Positions 29,314 through 40,529 of a DNA stretch of 64,000 bases are shown here, in pieces (the first letter of the stretch is position 1; every line of letters starts with the position of its first letter). Under the pieces are notes generated by a model, which had not been told where the DNA came from, searched no databases, and saw only the letters and a list, made by a program, of their open reading frames with translations. Both the position numbers and the translations under genes were made by a program. Source of the DNA: an uncultured Verrucomicrobiae bacterium (GTDB lineage Bacteria; Verrucomicrobiota; Verrucomicrobiia; Limisphaerales; JAFGQR01); contig CAWBHS010000007.1 of the NCBI GenBank assembly GCA_963788655.1, positions 32,001 to 96,000 of the forward strand, given 5' to 3'.

Positions 29314-30114
29314 TCAGAAACCGCCGAAGAGCCGTTGGAAGTTTTGCTCGAGGCGACCGCACAGGGTTTCGAGGGGGACTTCGAACAACTCGGAAGCAAA
29401 TTGACACACGGCTCCGAGATTGGCCGGGTGGTTGAGCGCTCGGCCGGTGTGGGCTTCGTAAAGCGGATGGCTGTTGCGGTCGGCAGGCAGGAGTTGGTCC
29501 GGCGCATCGGTTTCGATCAGCAAGCGATCCCAAGGCACCTGTTTGAAGGCCTCGCGCTGCCGTTGCTTGCGGTCATGGGCGAAGTAGCCGGGCAGTGAGA
29601 AGTAGCCACCGAGCGCCGCGAATTGAGCCACCATTTCCGCCGAGCCACCGTAGCTGTGCAACAAAAATCCGCGCTTCGGTCGCGGATGCTCGCGCAGCAA
29701 ATCGTAAAGCCGGCCCCAGGCGCGCAGGCAGTGAATGCTCACGGGCAGGTTACGTTCCGTCCCGAGTTGCAACTGGGCGAGAAAGACATCCTCCTGTCCT
29801 TCGTAGGCCAGTTCCGCTTTCCAACGGTCCAGTCCAATTTCACCGATGGCGGCCGGCAACTGATCCAGGTAATGCCGAAGATTCGCTTCCCAGTCCGCCG
29901 AGCGTTGACCGACGTACCACGGATGATAGCCAAAGCTGGGCAGGACTTGAGCGTGGCTTTGGGCCAACGACAACACGTCCGGCCAGTCGGCTTCGCAAGA
30001 ACCGTTGACCACCATCCGCGCAATGCCTTCCTCGTCGCATGCGGCCAGCAACTCGGCCTGCCGGCCACCAAGCCGCTCATCGTGCAGATGATTGTGGGCG
30101 TCGTAGAAGCGCAT
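29314..30114 (-). CDS. tatD: TatD-family metal-dependent hydrolase/DNase
   Basis: DAHNH, GYHPW, IGEIGLD, SIHC, LHSY, LLIETDAPD. Confidence 0.92.
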   Translation of the reverse strand: MRFYDAHNHLHDERLGGRQAELLAACDEEGIARMVVNGSCEADWPDVLSLAQSHAQVLPSFGYHPWYVGQRSADWEANLRHYLDQLPAAIGEIGLDRWKAELAYEGQEDVFLAQLQLGTERNLPVSIHCLRAWGRLYDLLREHPRPKRGFLLHSYGGSAEMVAQFAALGGYFSLPGYFAHDRKQRQREAFKQVPWDRLLIETDAPDQLLPADRNSHPLYEAHTGRALNHPANLGAVCQFASELFEVPLETLCGRLEQNFQRLFGGF

Positions 30115-30134
30115 GACCGCACGAAGGACAGCGC

Positions 30135-31175
30135 CTACTTTGGTCGGGAGGCTTCTTTTTGGCGCCGGACCAGTTGGCCTTGGAGGAATTTGTCCGGGCC
30201 CGCTTCCTGCCAGGCGGAGAGCCAGAGGTCCGCGAGCATTTGGGCGCCCTTGAGCAGTTGCGCGGAGAGGAACGCGCGACCCTCGGGCGAGACGACCGGT
30301 TGCACGGACAATTTGCCTTCCTTGTCCAGACGGTAAAGCGGCTCAACCATTTTGGCTTGGGCTTCCAGGTAGGTCATGACCACCGGGAACATGTTGGTCG
30401 CAGCGGCGGCTCCGTGGATTTGGGCAAGGTTCCGCGCCGGGTGAATGCCGGGCCGCAATTGCGCGAAATCAATCCCCGCGCGTTCGATGAATCCTCCGTC
30501 GATCCACGCATGGAAACGGCGACTGGTTGTGTAACCGCGCGGATTGGGTTCCACCCAGCCGTTGTAATGCTTGGTCGTGTGCAGCGGTTGCGCGCCGTCC
30601 GCCACAAAATGGCCCATGACGCCCATGAGGTAGATGATGTTCTTTTGGGCGTTGGCGATTTCGTCGGGCGTACCGCCGAATTGCCCGAAGGTGCGCAGAT
30701 AGGAAAAACACGATTTAAGCTTGGCGTAACGCTCCGTAATCGTCCACGGCAGGAAACCAATGAGGTTGCGCGTGTGGTCGGCGTTCTTCAGCGGATCAAT
30801 CGGGGGAAACCGATCGGGATGGGCGGCGCGGGCCAAGGCCAGTTGCGCGACAAAATCATAGCGGAAGGGGCTGAGTTGCTCCGGTGTCAGTTGATACCGC
30901 GCCAGATCGTCCAGATCCAGGAAGTGGTCGGGATTGTTCAAATGCCGGAAGGTTAGGTCCGGGGCATTGCGCCAGCGGTCGGCTTCGCCACCCAGGAAGG
31001 CAATTCTTTCCCGGGCTGCGGGGGTATTCACAAAGGCAGAAAAGTCCGCCGGGAGCGCGGCCAAGGCCAATTGGTTCACCATCCGGTGCCCGGCGTAATC
31101 CCACGCCCCACCCGTCTGCGGAGCACCCAACCAAGCCAAAACCGCTGCCAAACAAACCAACCAACGTCTCATCAT
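30135..31175 (-). CDS. Secreted S1/P1 nuclease or zinc-dependent phospholipase C family protein
   Basis: Signal peptide, mature N-terminus WDYAGH, ADRWR, HFLD, HFVADGAQPLH, FHAWID zinc ligands. Confidence 0.8.
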   Translation of the reverse strand: MMRRWLVCLAAVLAWLGAPQTGGAWDYAGHRMVNQLALAALPADFSAFVNTPAARERIAFLGGEADRWRNAPDLTFRHLNNPDHFLDLDDLARYQLTPEQLSPFRYDFVAQLALARAAHPDRFPPIDPLKNADHTRNLIGFLPWTITERYAKLKSCFSYLRTFGQFGGTPDEIANAQKNIIYLMGVMGHFVADGAQPLHTTKHYNGWVEPNPRGYTTSRRFHAWIDGGFIERAGIDFAQLRPGIHPARNLAQIHGAAAATNMFPVVMTYLEAQAKMVEPLYRLDKEGKLSVQPVVSPEGRAFLSAQLLKGAQMLADLWLSAWQEAGPDKFLQGQLVRRQKEASRPK

Positions 31176-31294
31176 CGCGCCAGGGTGCCGGAGGCTGGAA
31201 CGCTTGTCAGCCCCGAACTGGTCAAGTTTCTGTAACGTTGGGCTTGCCAAATGCTTTGCCATCCCTAGATTTAACGGCTCAATTGAATGAGCCT

Positions 31295-31636
31295 ATGATA
31301 CTAAAATGGCTAATGCCTTTTGTTGCCCTCGGTGCCCAACCCAACGGCCAGCAGTCCGCTGCGCCCGGCTGGTTGCAGTTCTTTCCATTTATTTTGTTGA
31401 TCGTGGTGTTTTATTTCGCCCTGATCCGGCCGCAACAGAAGAAGGCCCGGGAACATGAGGCCCTGATCAAAGCCGTGGGCAAGGGCGACCGAGTCGTGAC
31501 CAGCAGTGGAATTATTGGAACCGTGGTTGGCGTCAAAGAACGCACGTTTTGCATTCGTTCCGAAGATACGAAGCTCGAAATTCTCAAATCGGCCGTTTCC
31601 GAAGTCACAGAGCGGGCCGGTGAATCCAAATCGTAA
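31295..31636 (+). CDS. yajC: Preprotein translocase subunit YajC
   Basis: FYFALIRPQQKK, KGDRVVTSSGIIG; immediately upstream of secDF. Confidence 0.93.
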   Translation: MILKWLMPFVALGAQPNGQQSAAPGWLQFFPFILLIVVFYFALIRPQQKKAREHEALIKAVGKGDRVVTSSGIIGTVVGVKERTFCIRSEDTKLEILKSAVSEVTERAGESKS

Positions 31637-31645
31637 CCTCCTTAC

Positions 31646-34189
31646 ATGAATCGATCGCACCTCTGGAAGTTTCTCCTCATAGTCTTTATTCTGGGCTGGT
31701 CTTTGTACGAGATCTATCCGCCCTCCGGACGCAATGTCATTGATGTCTTTGTTGAGAAAGCGGTCAACCAGGACGCCACGTTCACCAACATCGTGAACCA
31801 AGCCCGGGCCCTCGAAGTCGAAAAACCGGGCCGGCTTTTCGCCAATCTCAAAGAGGCGATGGGGACCAACGACATCACCAAGTATTTCCCCTACATTGAC
31901 ACCAAGAACGAGGACAATCCCTCGCTGTTCGACCTGCTCTGGGTCCAACGAGAAGCCTCCGGGCGCATCCGCTTGGGCCTGGATTTGCAGGGCGGCACCT
32001 CCTTTCTGGTGGAAATGGACACCAACAAATTGCAGAACGTGTCCAAGGAAACCGCCTTGTCCCATGCCGTGGAAGTCTTGCGCAAACGCGTGGACAAATT
32101 GGGGGTTGCCGAACCGATCATCCAACCGGCCGGCTCCGACCGCATCCTGATCCAGTTGCCGGGCTTGGCGGAGGCGGACAAGGAGCAGGCGGCGCGGATC
32201 ATCCAGAAGGCGGCGTTCCTGACCATTCGCATGGTGCATCCCGACAGCGCCCAGTTGATTGCCCAGGGGATTATCGAGCCCGGTTACCAGATCATGGAGG
32301 AAACGCGGGATCTGCCCGACGGCACCAAGAGCCGCATTCGCTATCTTGTCAAGAAAACGCCGGAGCGGGGTCTGACCGGCAAATACATCGAGCGGGCCAG
32401 CGTTTCCCGCGATCCGATCACGAACAAACCGGAAATCAATTTCGAATTGGACAGCGAAGGGGCCAAAATCTTTGGCGACATCACCCGGGAATACCAGCCC
32501 AAGGGCAACAAGTATTACCTAATGGCGATTGTCCTGGACGACGTCCTCTACTCCGCCCCGCGCATCAACGAGCCCATCGAAGGCGGACGCGTGCGCATTA
32601 CCGGTGACTTCACGGATCAACAGGCCTTCGAATTGGCCAACGTGCTCGAGAATCCCTTGGAAGCCCCGGTGAAAATCATCGAGGAGCGCTCGGTCGATCC
32701 TTCGCTGGGCAAAGACTCGATCCGCAGCGGTATCAAGGCCTCGCTCATTGGCACCCTCGCGGTCGCCGCGTTCATGCTGGCTTATTATCTGATGGCCGGC
32801 TTGGTGGCGAACGTCGCGTTGCTGTTGAACATCGTCATCCTGCTCGGCTTCATGGCCTACATCCAGGCCACCCTCACGCTGCCCGGCATCGCCGGGGTCG
32901 TGTTGACCATCGGTATGGCGGTCGATGCTAATGTGCTGATTTTCGAGCGCATTCGGGAAGAATTGGCCGCCGGCAAATCGCTGCGGGGGGCCTTGAATGC
33001 CGGCTACGACAAGGCATTCAGCACGATCTTCGATACCAACCTCACCACGTTGATTTCGTCGGTGATCCTGATTTACATGGGCACCGGGCCGGTCAAAGGC
33101 TTCGGCGTCACGCTCACCATCGGGGTCACGGTCAGCATGTTCACCGCGTTGGTGGTCACCCGGTTGATCTTCGATTTTCTCCTGGCCAAAGGCTGGTTGA
33201 AGTCGCTGCGGATGCTGCACTTGATCGGCAAGACGCGCATCGACTGGCTGAAGTGGGCACTGCCGGCGTTTGCGGCCTCGTGGGCATTGATCATCGCCGG
33301 CATGAGCTACGGCGTCTTCATCAAGGGCACGGACGTGCTGGGCTACGAATTTGTCGGCGGCGACAGCATGCAATTGTCCTTCCAGGAGAAGATCGGCGTG
33401 GACGACCTCCGCAAAGTCATCTCCGGCTTGGACTTGGGCGAAGCGATGATCCAGTATCAAAAGGATCTTTCGACCGGCAAGGAAACGCTCCTCATCACCA
33501 CCCGCAACATGGAAGTCAAACAGGCGGGCGGCCAGACGGCGGACCCCTCCCTGTTGGTGGAAAAGGCACTGAAGAAAGATTTCCCGAAAGCCGGATTCAA
33601 GGTGCTGGGCGTCCAGCGGGTGGGTGCCACGGTGGGCAAGGAAATTCAACGCACCGCCATCATTGCGGCGTTGCTGGCCATGTTTGGGATCCTGGTGTAC
33701 GTGGCGTTTCGATACGAACTCTCGTTTGCCGTCGGGGCGGTCATTGCCATCATCCATGACATTCTCATGACCATGGGCTGGTTCTTCCTCTCCGGCCGCG
33801 AATTGAGCGCGCCCATTGTGGCGGCCATTCTCACCATCATCGGGTTTTCAATCAACGACACCATCGTGATCTTTGACCGCATCCGCGAGGACTTGAAACT
33901 GGGGGTGCGGGGGAGTTTTCGTGACGTCATCAACCAGGCCGTGAACCAGTGCTTGAGCCGGACCATCATTACCTCCGGCACCGTCTTCCTGGCCACGATG
34001 TCGCTGTTCCTGTTCGGCGGGGGCGTGATCAACGATTTTGCCTTTACCTTCCTGATCGGCATCCTTACCGGCACCTACTCCAGTATCTACATTGCCAGCG
34101 CGATCGTCCTCTGGTGGCACAAAGGTGAACGGCCCAAGCTGGCGATGCAGGTGAGCATCGAGACGGCGGCGCCGGCCACGAAGGCCTGA
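31646..34189 (+). CDS. secDF: Fused protein translocase SecDF
   Basis: LGLDLQGG, RVDKLGVAEP, TLTLPGIAGVVLTIGMAVDANVLIFERIREE (SecD); GFSINDTIVIFDRIRE, GTYSSIYIA (SecF). Confidence 0.96.
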   Translation: MNRSHLWKFLLIVFILGWSLYEIYPPSGRNVIDVFVEKAVNQDATFTNIVNQARALEVEKPGRLFANLKEAMGTNDITKYFPYIDTKNEDNPSLFDLLWVQREASGRIRLGLDLQGGTSFLVEMDTNKLQNVSKETALSHAVEVLRKRVDKLGVAEPIIQPAGSDRILIQLPGLAEADKEQAARIIQKAAFLTIRMVHPDSAQLIAQGIIEPGYQIMEETRDLPDGTKSRIRYLVKKTPERGLTGKYIERASVSRDPITNKPEINFELDSEGAKIFGDITREYQPKGNKYYLMAIVLDDVLYSAPRINEPIEGGRVRITGDFTDQQAFELANVLENPLEAPVKIIEERSVDPSLGKDSIRSGIKASLIGTLAVAAFMLAYYLMAGLVANVALLLNIVILLGFMAYIQATLTLPGIAGVVLTIGMAVDANVLIFERIREELAAGKSLRGALNAGYDKAFSTIFDTNLTTLISSVILIYMGTGPVKGFGVTLTIGVTVSMFTALVVTRLIFDFLLAKGWLKSLRMLHLIGKTRIDWLKWALPAFAASWALIIAGMSYGVFIKGTDVLGYEFVGGDSMQLSFQEKIGVDDLRKVISGLDLGEAMIQYQKDLSTGKETLLITTRNMEVKQAGGQTADPSLLVEKALKKDFPKAGFKVLGVQRVGATVGKEIQRTAIIAALLAMFGILVYVAFRYELSFAVGAVIAIIHDILMTMGWFFLSGRELSAPIVAAILTIIGFSINDTIVIFDRIREDLKLGVRGSFRDVINQAVNQCLSRTIITSGTVFLATMSLFLFGGGVINDFAFTFLIGILTGTYSSIYIASAIVLWWHKGERPKLAMQVSIETAAPATKA

Positions 34190-34200
34190 CGCCCCCGATC

Positions 34201-35175
34201 ATGCTGGCGCTGGCGGCAATCCTTTCAGCGAAGTGGGTCATTTTCATCCTCGTGGTGCTGGTGTTTCTGGCGCTGGACCTCGGGGTGTTTCACCGACAAG
34301 CCAAAGAAGTGCGGTTCCGCGACGCCGCCGGGTGGACCGCCTTTTACGTGGCGATGTCGCTGCTTTTCGGTTACCTGATGGCGCCCCGGCTCGTGCCCCA
34401 GTGGGGCCACTTGGAGACGCAAGAATTCATCACGGGCTATATCCTGGAACTCTCGTTGTCCATGGACAACGTCTTCGTGATGGCCGTGATCTTCGCCTAT
34501 TTTGGCGTGCCCCTGGCGTATCAGCACCGCGTATTGTTCTGGGGCATTCTGGGCGCGCTGGTCATGCGTGGGGCCATGATCTGGTTGGGCGTGGAACTGG
34601 TGCATCGCTTCTACTGGATGCTGCACGTGCTGGGCGTCTTTTTGATTGTCACCGGCATTCGCATGATCTTCGCCAAAGAAGAAGGCGTCCATCCCGAACG
34701 GAACCTGGCCATTCGCGCCGCTCGCAAGCTCCTGCCAGTCGCCACCCGCTTTGACGGCCACCGGTTCCTCACCCGCGTCAAGGGCAGCCTGGCGCTGACC
34801 CCGCTGGCGCTGGTGTTGCTGATGGTCGAAACCACCGATTTGGTCTTCGCCATGGATTCGATCCCCGCCATCCTGGGCGTGACCGCCAACCCGTATATCG
34901 TTTTCACGTCGAACGTGTTCGCCATCCTGGGATTGCGCTCGCTTTACTTCGTGCTGGCCGGGGCCATCGACTACTTCCGCTACTTGAAATTTGGTTTGTC
35001 GTTGGTGCTCGTGTTTATTGGCGTCAAAATGCTGATTGCCGAAACGGAGTTTGCCGTCTCGACGCGGACGTCGTTGTACGTGGTGGGCGGGATCATCCTG
35101 GTTTCCATTGTCGCCTCGATCTTTCTGGCCCGCATGGGTACGTCGAAAGACGGCGATTCGTCCAAGGACGCTTGA
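34201..35175 (+). CDS. TerC/Alx-family membrane protein
   Basis: LELSLSMDNVFV, QHRVLFWGILGALVMRG, ETTDLVFAMDSIPAI, FTSNVFAILGLRSLYF. Confidence 0.93.
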   Translation: MLALAAILSAKWVIFILVVLVFLALDLGVFHRQAKEVRFRDAAGWTAFYVAMSLLFGYLMAPRLVPQWGHLETQEFITGYILELSLSMDNVFVMAVIFAYFGVPLAYQHRVLFWGILGALVMRGAMIWLGVELVHRFYWMLHVLGVFLIVTGIRMIFAKEEGVHPERNLAIRAARKLLPVATRFDGHRFLTRVKGSLALTPLALVLLMVETTDLVFAMDSIPAILGVTANPYIVFTSNVFAILGLRSLYFVLAGAIDYFRYLKFGLSLVLVFIGVKMLIAETEFAVSTRTSLYVVGGIILVSIVASIFLARMGTSKDGDSSKDA

Positions 35176-35204
35176 AAGAGGCCGGCTATGGCCGGTCCTA
35201 TTAA

Positions 35205-35339
35205 TACTACAGGGACAGTTCCGGCGAATCGCGGCAGGAGCGCGGCGTTTACGCCGCTTCACCGTCCTATCCCGCAGGCCTTTGGTGCTGGAAGCGGCCT
35301 AAAGGCCGCGCGCCTTTTTGTGAAAGTGTCGCTGTAGTG
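35205..35339. mobile_element. MITE, copy 1 (135 bp, degenerate left TIR), flanked by TTAA and TTAG
   Basis: TACTACAGGGACA ... TGTCGCTGTAGTG; the 5' portion is near-identical to 50316-50461. Confidence 0.8.
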
Positions 35340-35592
35340 TTAGATCCTTCCTCTCACCCGGTAATGATCGCGGCGCGGTGTGATTTCCACCACTGCGAGC
35401 ATATCAGCGCGAACTCGCGTCCGTATGGCACCAAGTATTGAGTCGATACGGCCCGGGCGCCAGGACATTTCTTCGTTCTTGGTCATTGATCAATGGTCAC
35501 CGTTGCCCTCATCGGATGGCTGAACTCAGCCCTGAAGTTTTCAAACGGTCGCCAGACGGATTTGGCAATTGCGCGAAAACGGAGTTCCGCAA

Positions 35593-35608
35593 TGGCACAC
35601 TCATAGCT
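35593..35608 (+). promoter_or_regulatory. Possible sigma-54 -24/-12 promoter
   Basis: TGGCACACTCATAGCT (GG-N10-GC) about 34 nt upstream of the ATG at 35642. Confidence 0.35.
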
Positions 35609-35641
35609 ATCGGAGAGACGACTTTGATGTGGTTGTAAGTT

Positions 35642-36118
35642 ATGAGTGAGCGTCAGAAACAAACGGTCTTCCTGAAGCGACTTCTTCAAAACGAAGAATC
35701 CGAGCAACAACAGGAATTGCAGCAACGAATCGCCCAGGCGGAACGTGACGAACGATGCGTCCGTACGGCGATGCATTTGGTGGCGGTGATCGGATTGCTA
35801 AGTATTTCAGGCATTTGTTACGAAGCGGTTTTTGTCGAGGATTTCTTCCAAAACCCAACGCATCTGTTGACCCGCGTCCTGGCCTATTTGGGGTTGGGAT
35901 CGCTCATCTCCTGGGTCATGTTCTTAGGGTACTATTTATGGCATCGCGCTTTGACCAACCGCTATTGCGAGGAATGCCGACGCTTGCTCATGACCGCCCA
36001 ACAGCACGCGGTGGTCCAGATGGAGCCATCTTCCTGCTCGGAAACGACACAGTGGGTTGTCTCAAAAGAGGACACTCCGCCCGACCTGCAAAGCGATCCG
36101 TTGCGCAAAGCGGCTTAA
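35642..36118 (+). CDS. Hypothetical two-TM membrane protein
   Basis: 158-aa ORF with an N-terminal coiled coil and two hydrophobic segments. Confidence 0.65.
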   Translation: MSERQKQTVFLKRLLQNEESEQQQELQQRIAQAERDERCVRTAMHLVAVIGLLSISGICYEAVFVEDFFQNPTHLLTRVLAYLGLGSLISWVMFLGYYLWHRALTNRYCEECRRLLMTAQQHAVVQMEPSSCSETTQWVVSKEDTPPDLQSDPLRKAA

Positions 36119-36189
36119 CCCGACCGCGAAAGTTTTCCTTCTTCCCCCCTCCCCTGAACCTCGCCGGAGCCGTTGGTTCCCGGTGGCAA

Positions 36190-39100
36190 TCACCGCACCG
36201 CCACCGTTTTCCCGCCCGGCTCGATCACCACGCGGAATCCCACGTTGTAAACCTTTTCGTAACTCGGATAAGCCCAGCGGAAGCCGGAACCGCACCGCTG
36301 CGGGCGATCACGCCACGAACCTCCGCGGACGACTTTCCGGCCATTGAAGATTACCGCCTCGCGCCCGTCGGCCGGATGGTACGGATAGGGCCGGTAGGTG
36401 GTCCGGGTCCATTCGGCGGCGTTGCCGTGCAGGTCACACAATCCCCAGGTGTTGGGTTGGTAACTGCCAATTGCCGCGGTAACCAGCGCGCCGTCGTCGA
36501 AACGATGGTCGCGCACCACCAGATCGGGGGCTTGGGGACGCCAGCCTTCATCGGCGAGTTTGCGGAGATTCACGTCGCCCATATTGCCGAAGCGGCTGAA
36601 GTCCGTGTCCAGGTCGCCGTGGAATAACCGTGAGGCAGTGCCGGCGCGGCAGGCCCATTCCCATTGGGCTTCGGTGGGCAGAGTCACTTCTTCGCCCAAC
36701 TTGTCGCCGAGCCAACGGCCGAAGGCCAGGGCTTCTTGCCAGGAAACGCGCACCACCGGTTGGCGAGGTTCGTTCAACGGCCAGCCCAGGTAAGCCTCGG
36801 CAAAAATCCATGAGCTGCGATGCTCGAAACGGCTGTCATGCGACGGATCAAACTGGGCGAATTGTTCGTTGGAGACTTCGCATTTGCCCATCCAGAACGG
36901 GTGGTCCACGGTCACGCGGGTCAGCGGGCGCTCGTCGGGTGCGCCATCCGGATCGCCCATTACGAAGGAACCGGCCGGAATGCGGACGAACTCCATCTTG
37001 ATCCCGTCACCCAGATCAACGATGCGTTTGACCGATCCTTGCGCCGCCTGCAACGCGCGGGCCTGGTCGGCGGTCATCGGCCAATTAGGCGCAGTCACAA
37101 TCTCCGGCTTCGACTCCGGCAGCGGCTCCGGCATCACCGGCACGGGTGGCACGTAATCCGGTTCGGGAACTTCCTCATCGTTCTCCATTACGCCACCGTA
37201 AAGCCGGCGCAGTTCCAGCCGGCGCGCGCACTGGTTGTCGGGGACTTTGGTGGTTTCCGCCCAGGTGCCCTGGCAGGGCGCATTGAGATCGATCCAGGTG
37301 ATCAACCGGTCCCAGGCTTCGTCATTGAGCCGGACGTGGTGGTGTCCTTTGATCAACATTTGCACCAACTCTGAGGTATCCGCGTGGAATTCCATCGGCG
37401 GCAGCAAGTGCAGGTCGCTCTCCAATCCACCCACTCGCACGTATTGCCGCAACACGGCATAACTGGGCTCGAATACGCCGGCGTACTTGCCCAGCAATTC
37501 CGGCTTCGTGCCGTGCATGAACTTCGTTCGCGGCTGGCCGTGTTCATAGACCACGTAACCGCCCTGATCGCGGCGCAAGTCGGGAAGACGCTGGCCGTCA
37601 TCGCGCGGTTGGCCGTTGTGGCAGCCGACGCAATAGCGGTCGAGCACGGGTTGAACTTCGCGCGCGAAACTGAATCCGCGCGCGGGGCCGCGCCACGGTT
37701 GAATGGCGGAAGGCTCACGTTCGAGGGCCAGGCGACGATTCATGCCCGGCGGCGCCGTGCTTTGCCGGTCGTGGCAGCCCACACACGAGACGTTTTCGCC
37801 CGGCATGGCGGTCATCCAACTGCGCATCAGCGCCACGGCTTTGCCACCGGCATCGAGCGGTTGAAACGAAAGCGGTTCCTTGGCCGGCACGTGGAACAGC
37901 GCGGAACCATCGGCTTCCACCGGCACCGTGCCCAATACGCGCTTGACCTCCCACGGTCCGTCGGCGCCCACGCGATGGTCAATGCCGGCCAGTTTTTGGT
38001 AGCCGAAATGGTAGGTGAACACGCGCAGGCTCTTCACCGTTCCGCGCGGCACACCTTTCAATCCCGGTCCGCGGTAAACGTCCTCCATATAGACCAACGC
38101 CTCCGAGCGCTCTGGTTGCGACTTGGGCTCGATGACCGGCGGGATCGGTCGTTTGACCAGAGGAATGGGCTGCATCAGTGCAAAGCCTTCCTCCTCTTTC
38201 ACCAGCACTGTGTTGTCAAACGCATCGACCAGGTAAATGCCCCACAGGGCGTCTGGATTGGGTTTGCACGCCACCAGGAAATAATTGTCGCTGAGCGGCC
38301 AGGGATGCAGGAACTTCGGCCAGTGATGTTCGGTAAGCTTGTCTTCGATCTTTGGTTCCACCGGCTGGCCGCGGCCGGGAATACGTTGCACCACGCCGTC
38401 GATTTCGTGCCGTCCCCGGGCCGGATCGAATAGCACCAAGTCGCCCACCCGGCCTTCGTGATGGCCCGTGACGATACTAATGAATTTCGTTTCGTCACCG
38501 GGAATGGCGCGGGCAAAAAACATGGCGTTCGGCCAGTAGGAATTGGCGCCATAGTACTCCATCTGCCCGGTGCCGTCGGGATTCATACTCATGAGCAGAC
38601 GGTTCCAAACGTGCGGCGTGTCGGTGTAATCCCAGCGCAGGTAGAGAACTCGCCCGTTGTTCAACACACTCGGGGTGTAGTCATGGTCCTGCTCGAAGGT
38701 TAGTTGGCGGATGTTGCATCCGTCGGCGTCCATTTGATACAACATGCCGACAATTACCCCGGCGTTGCAGGGCACGCCTTGGAGCGGCGCCGTGGACAGA
38801 AAATCGATGTGTCCGTCGGGCAGGTAAATGGCGTTGTAATTGTGGACATCCGACAGGCTGGGCGTGAGTTGATGCGGCTCAGCCGGGCGTCGGGCGGCGA
38901 GCGTGGAGGGATTGAGTTTAAGTTCGTGAATCTGCCACTTCCGGTTTTCGTCCGGCATCGAGTAGAGCAATTTGTCCGCGTTCCAATGAAGGTCCAGATC
39001 GTTGATCAACCACGGCTCTTCCGGCTTGAACAGCGTGGTGAGCGCACCGTCCGGCTGGACCGGGGAGAGCGCGGCGATTTCGTTGTCCCAGTGGTCCACG

Positions 39101-40456
39101 TTGGGCATGGTGCCGTTGTTCCAGGAACTCTGGCGCGGCACGCCGAGGAATTCGCCGTAGCCGTAGCCTTCCCAACTGGACCGTCGCGCATCGCCGATGG
39201 GTTTGCGTTTGAGCACCAGCAAATGATCGAAGTCGAGCAACGGATTGGCGAGGAGGGCTTCACGTTTCAAGGCTTCAAGGTCGGCATAGAGGGTGGCGAG
39301 ATATTCGTAGTCGGTGAGGGATGGTGAGGCCGTTCCCGTGGGGTTCGATGTGCGCGTTTGGCTGAGCGATCCCCGCGTTTCTAACCGGGGAAGAATGAGC
39401 GGACTCACGTCCGCTGCTACGAGGCTCCAGGGTGGCCAGCGCAGATTCGATGGATTTTTCAAGCTGGTCCAATCGCTTCAGATATTCGCTGCCGCGCGGA
39501 TAATTTTCACCGTAGGTTTTGGTCAAATCCGAGATCGCCAACCGCAGGCCTTCGAAGTCAAAACTACTTGCTCGCACCAGCGAGGCATCCAACTGCCGGG
39601 ACCGATAGTACAATTCCCGCGTCTGTTCCATACCGACCTGGTCCACAACCCTACTGGCCAAGCGAGCTGCGGCGGTCGCGAGGGGAGGAACACGATCACA
39701 TGCTTGCGCATACCGCTGCGCCAACGCGATCCAATCTCCCGGCGTCCAATCGAATTCGTAGATGCGGTCTTCGCGTTCCCAGTTCATCTGCTGACGTTGT
39801 GGGCCTTCAGGAAAATCGCGGGCGACCCATTCGAACAAACGCTTCCGTGCCGCGGCGCGCGCTCCGAGCACACTGAACCGCACGGTGCCGTTCGTGCCGG
39901 CCCAATCGTCCACGCCGATCCAGGTTTCGAACCGTTCGTATTCCCCGTCCAACGGCACCCGGATCACACTGTCCGCTTGCACGTTCAGTCCGCGGTCAAA
40001 CTCGCGGCCTGGCAGGCGCATTTTTTGATAAAGACCGGAGCGCAAGGTCAGATTCAATTCGTGCCGGCCCCGGAGCACTTTGAAATTCTTGGAGTCACTG
40101 AGTGAAGTGACCGAACCGTCTTTGCCGATCAAGCGCGCGTCCGCCCAATCCGCCACGCCCCATTTGACATCCGGGCAACCGGTCACAAAGAGGTACATAT
40201 CCCGCGCGCCATTGATCGATAGCTCAATGTGTCGGGCGGGTTGTTGACCGCCACGCATCGTGCCGCTCTCGAAGGGAGCGAATCCCTCCTCCAGATGCCG
40301 GGCCTCGAGGGCTTGCAGCGAGGCGAGCATCGTGTCCTGCCAGGTTGCCTTTTTCATGTAAAAGGCAGGATCCGCCGCCAATGCACCCAGCGCGAGTGAT
40401 AGTCCCAAGAAAGGAACCAGAGGGAAAAGCAATGCAGAAAGCCGTTGAGTCTTCAT
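36190..40456 (-). CDS. Large secreted NPCBM + HzsA-like propeller + two CxxCH + FGE-sulfatase (SUMF1) domain protein; +1 frame break near 39320-39430
   Basis: Signal peptide MKTQRL; NPCBM-like ADWADARL...FETWIGVDD; REALLANPLLDF, YLRWDY, GTVPVEADGSA, SCVGCH, YCVGCH; C-terminal GSFVMG, LPTEAQWEWACRAG, DLHGNAAEW, RGGSW, VGFRVV. Confidence 0.82.
39394..39420. repeat. GTAG-type REP arm inside the CDS
   Basis: The minus strand reads GTAGCAGCGGAC-GTGA-GTCCGCTCATT: GTAG followed by a hairpin. Confidence 0.65.
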
Positions 40457-40529
40457 TTGATTGGATGTGCTTTGTTCGGGCGAGAAGCATAGACAACCGC
40501 CGGCCAAATGCCATCGCAAAATGGACGGC

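Noticed and set aside
34190..34200. yybP-ykoY riboswitch upstream of the TerC/Alx gene, and a SAM riboswitch upstream of 8798
   Set aside because: The intergenic gaps are only 11 bp and 71 bp and lack recognisable motifs.
36190..39300. Anammox hydrazine synthase
   Set aside because: There is only domain-level resemblance to HzsA; the protein is fused to NPCBM and FGE domains and no hzsB/hzsC is present.
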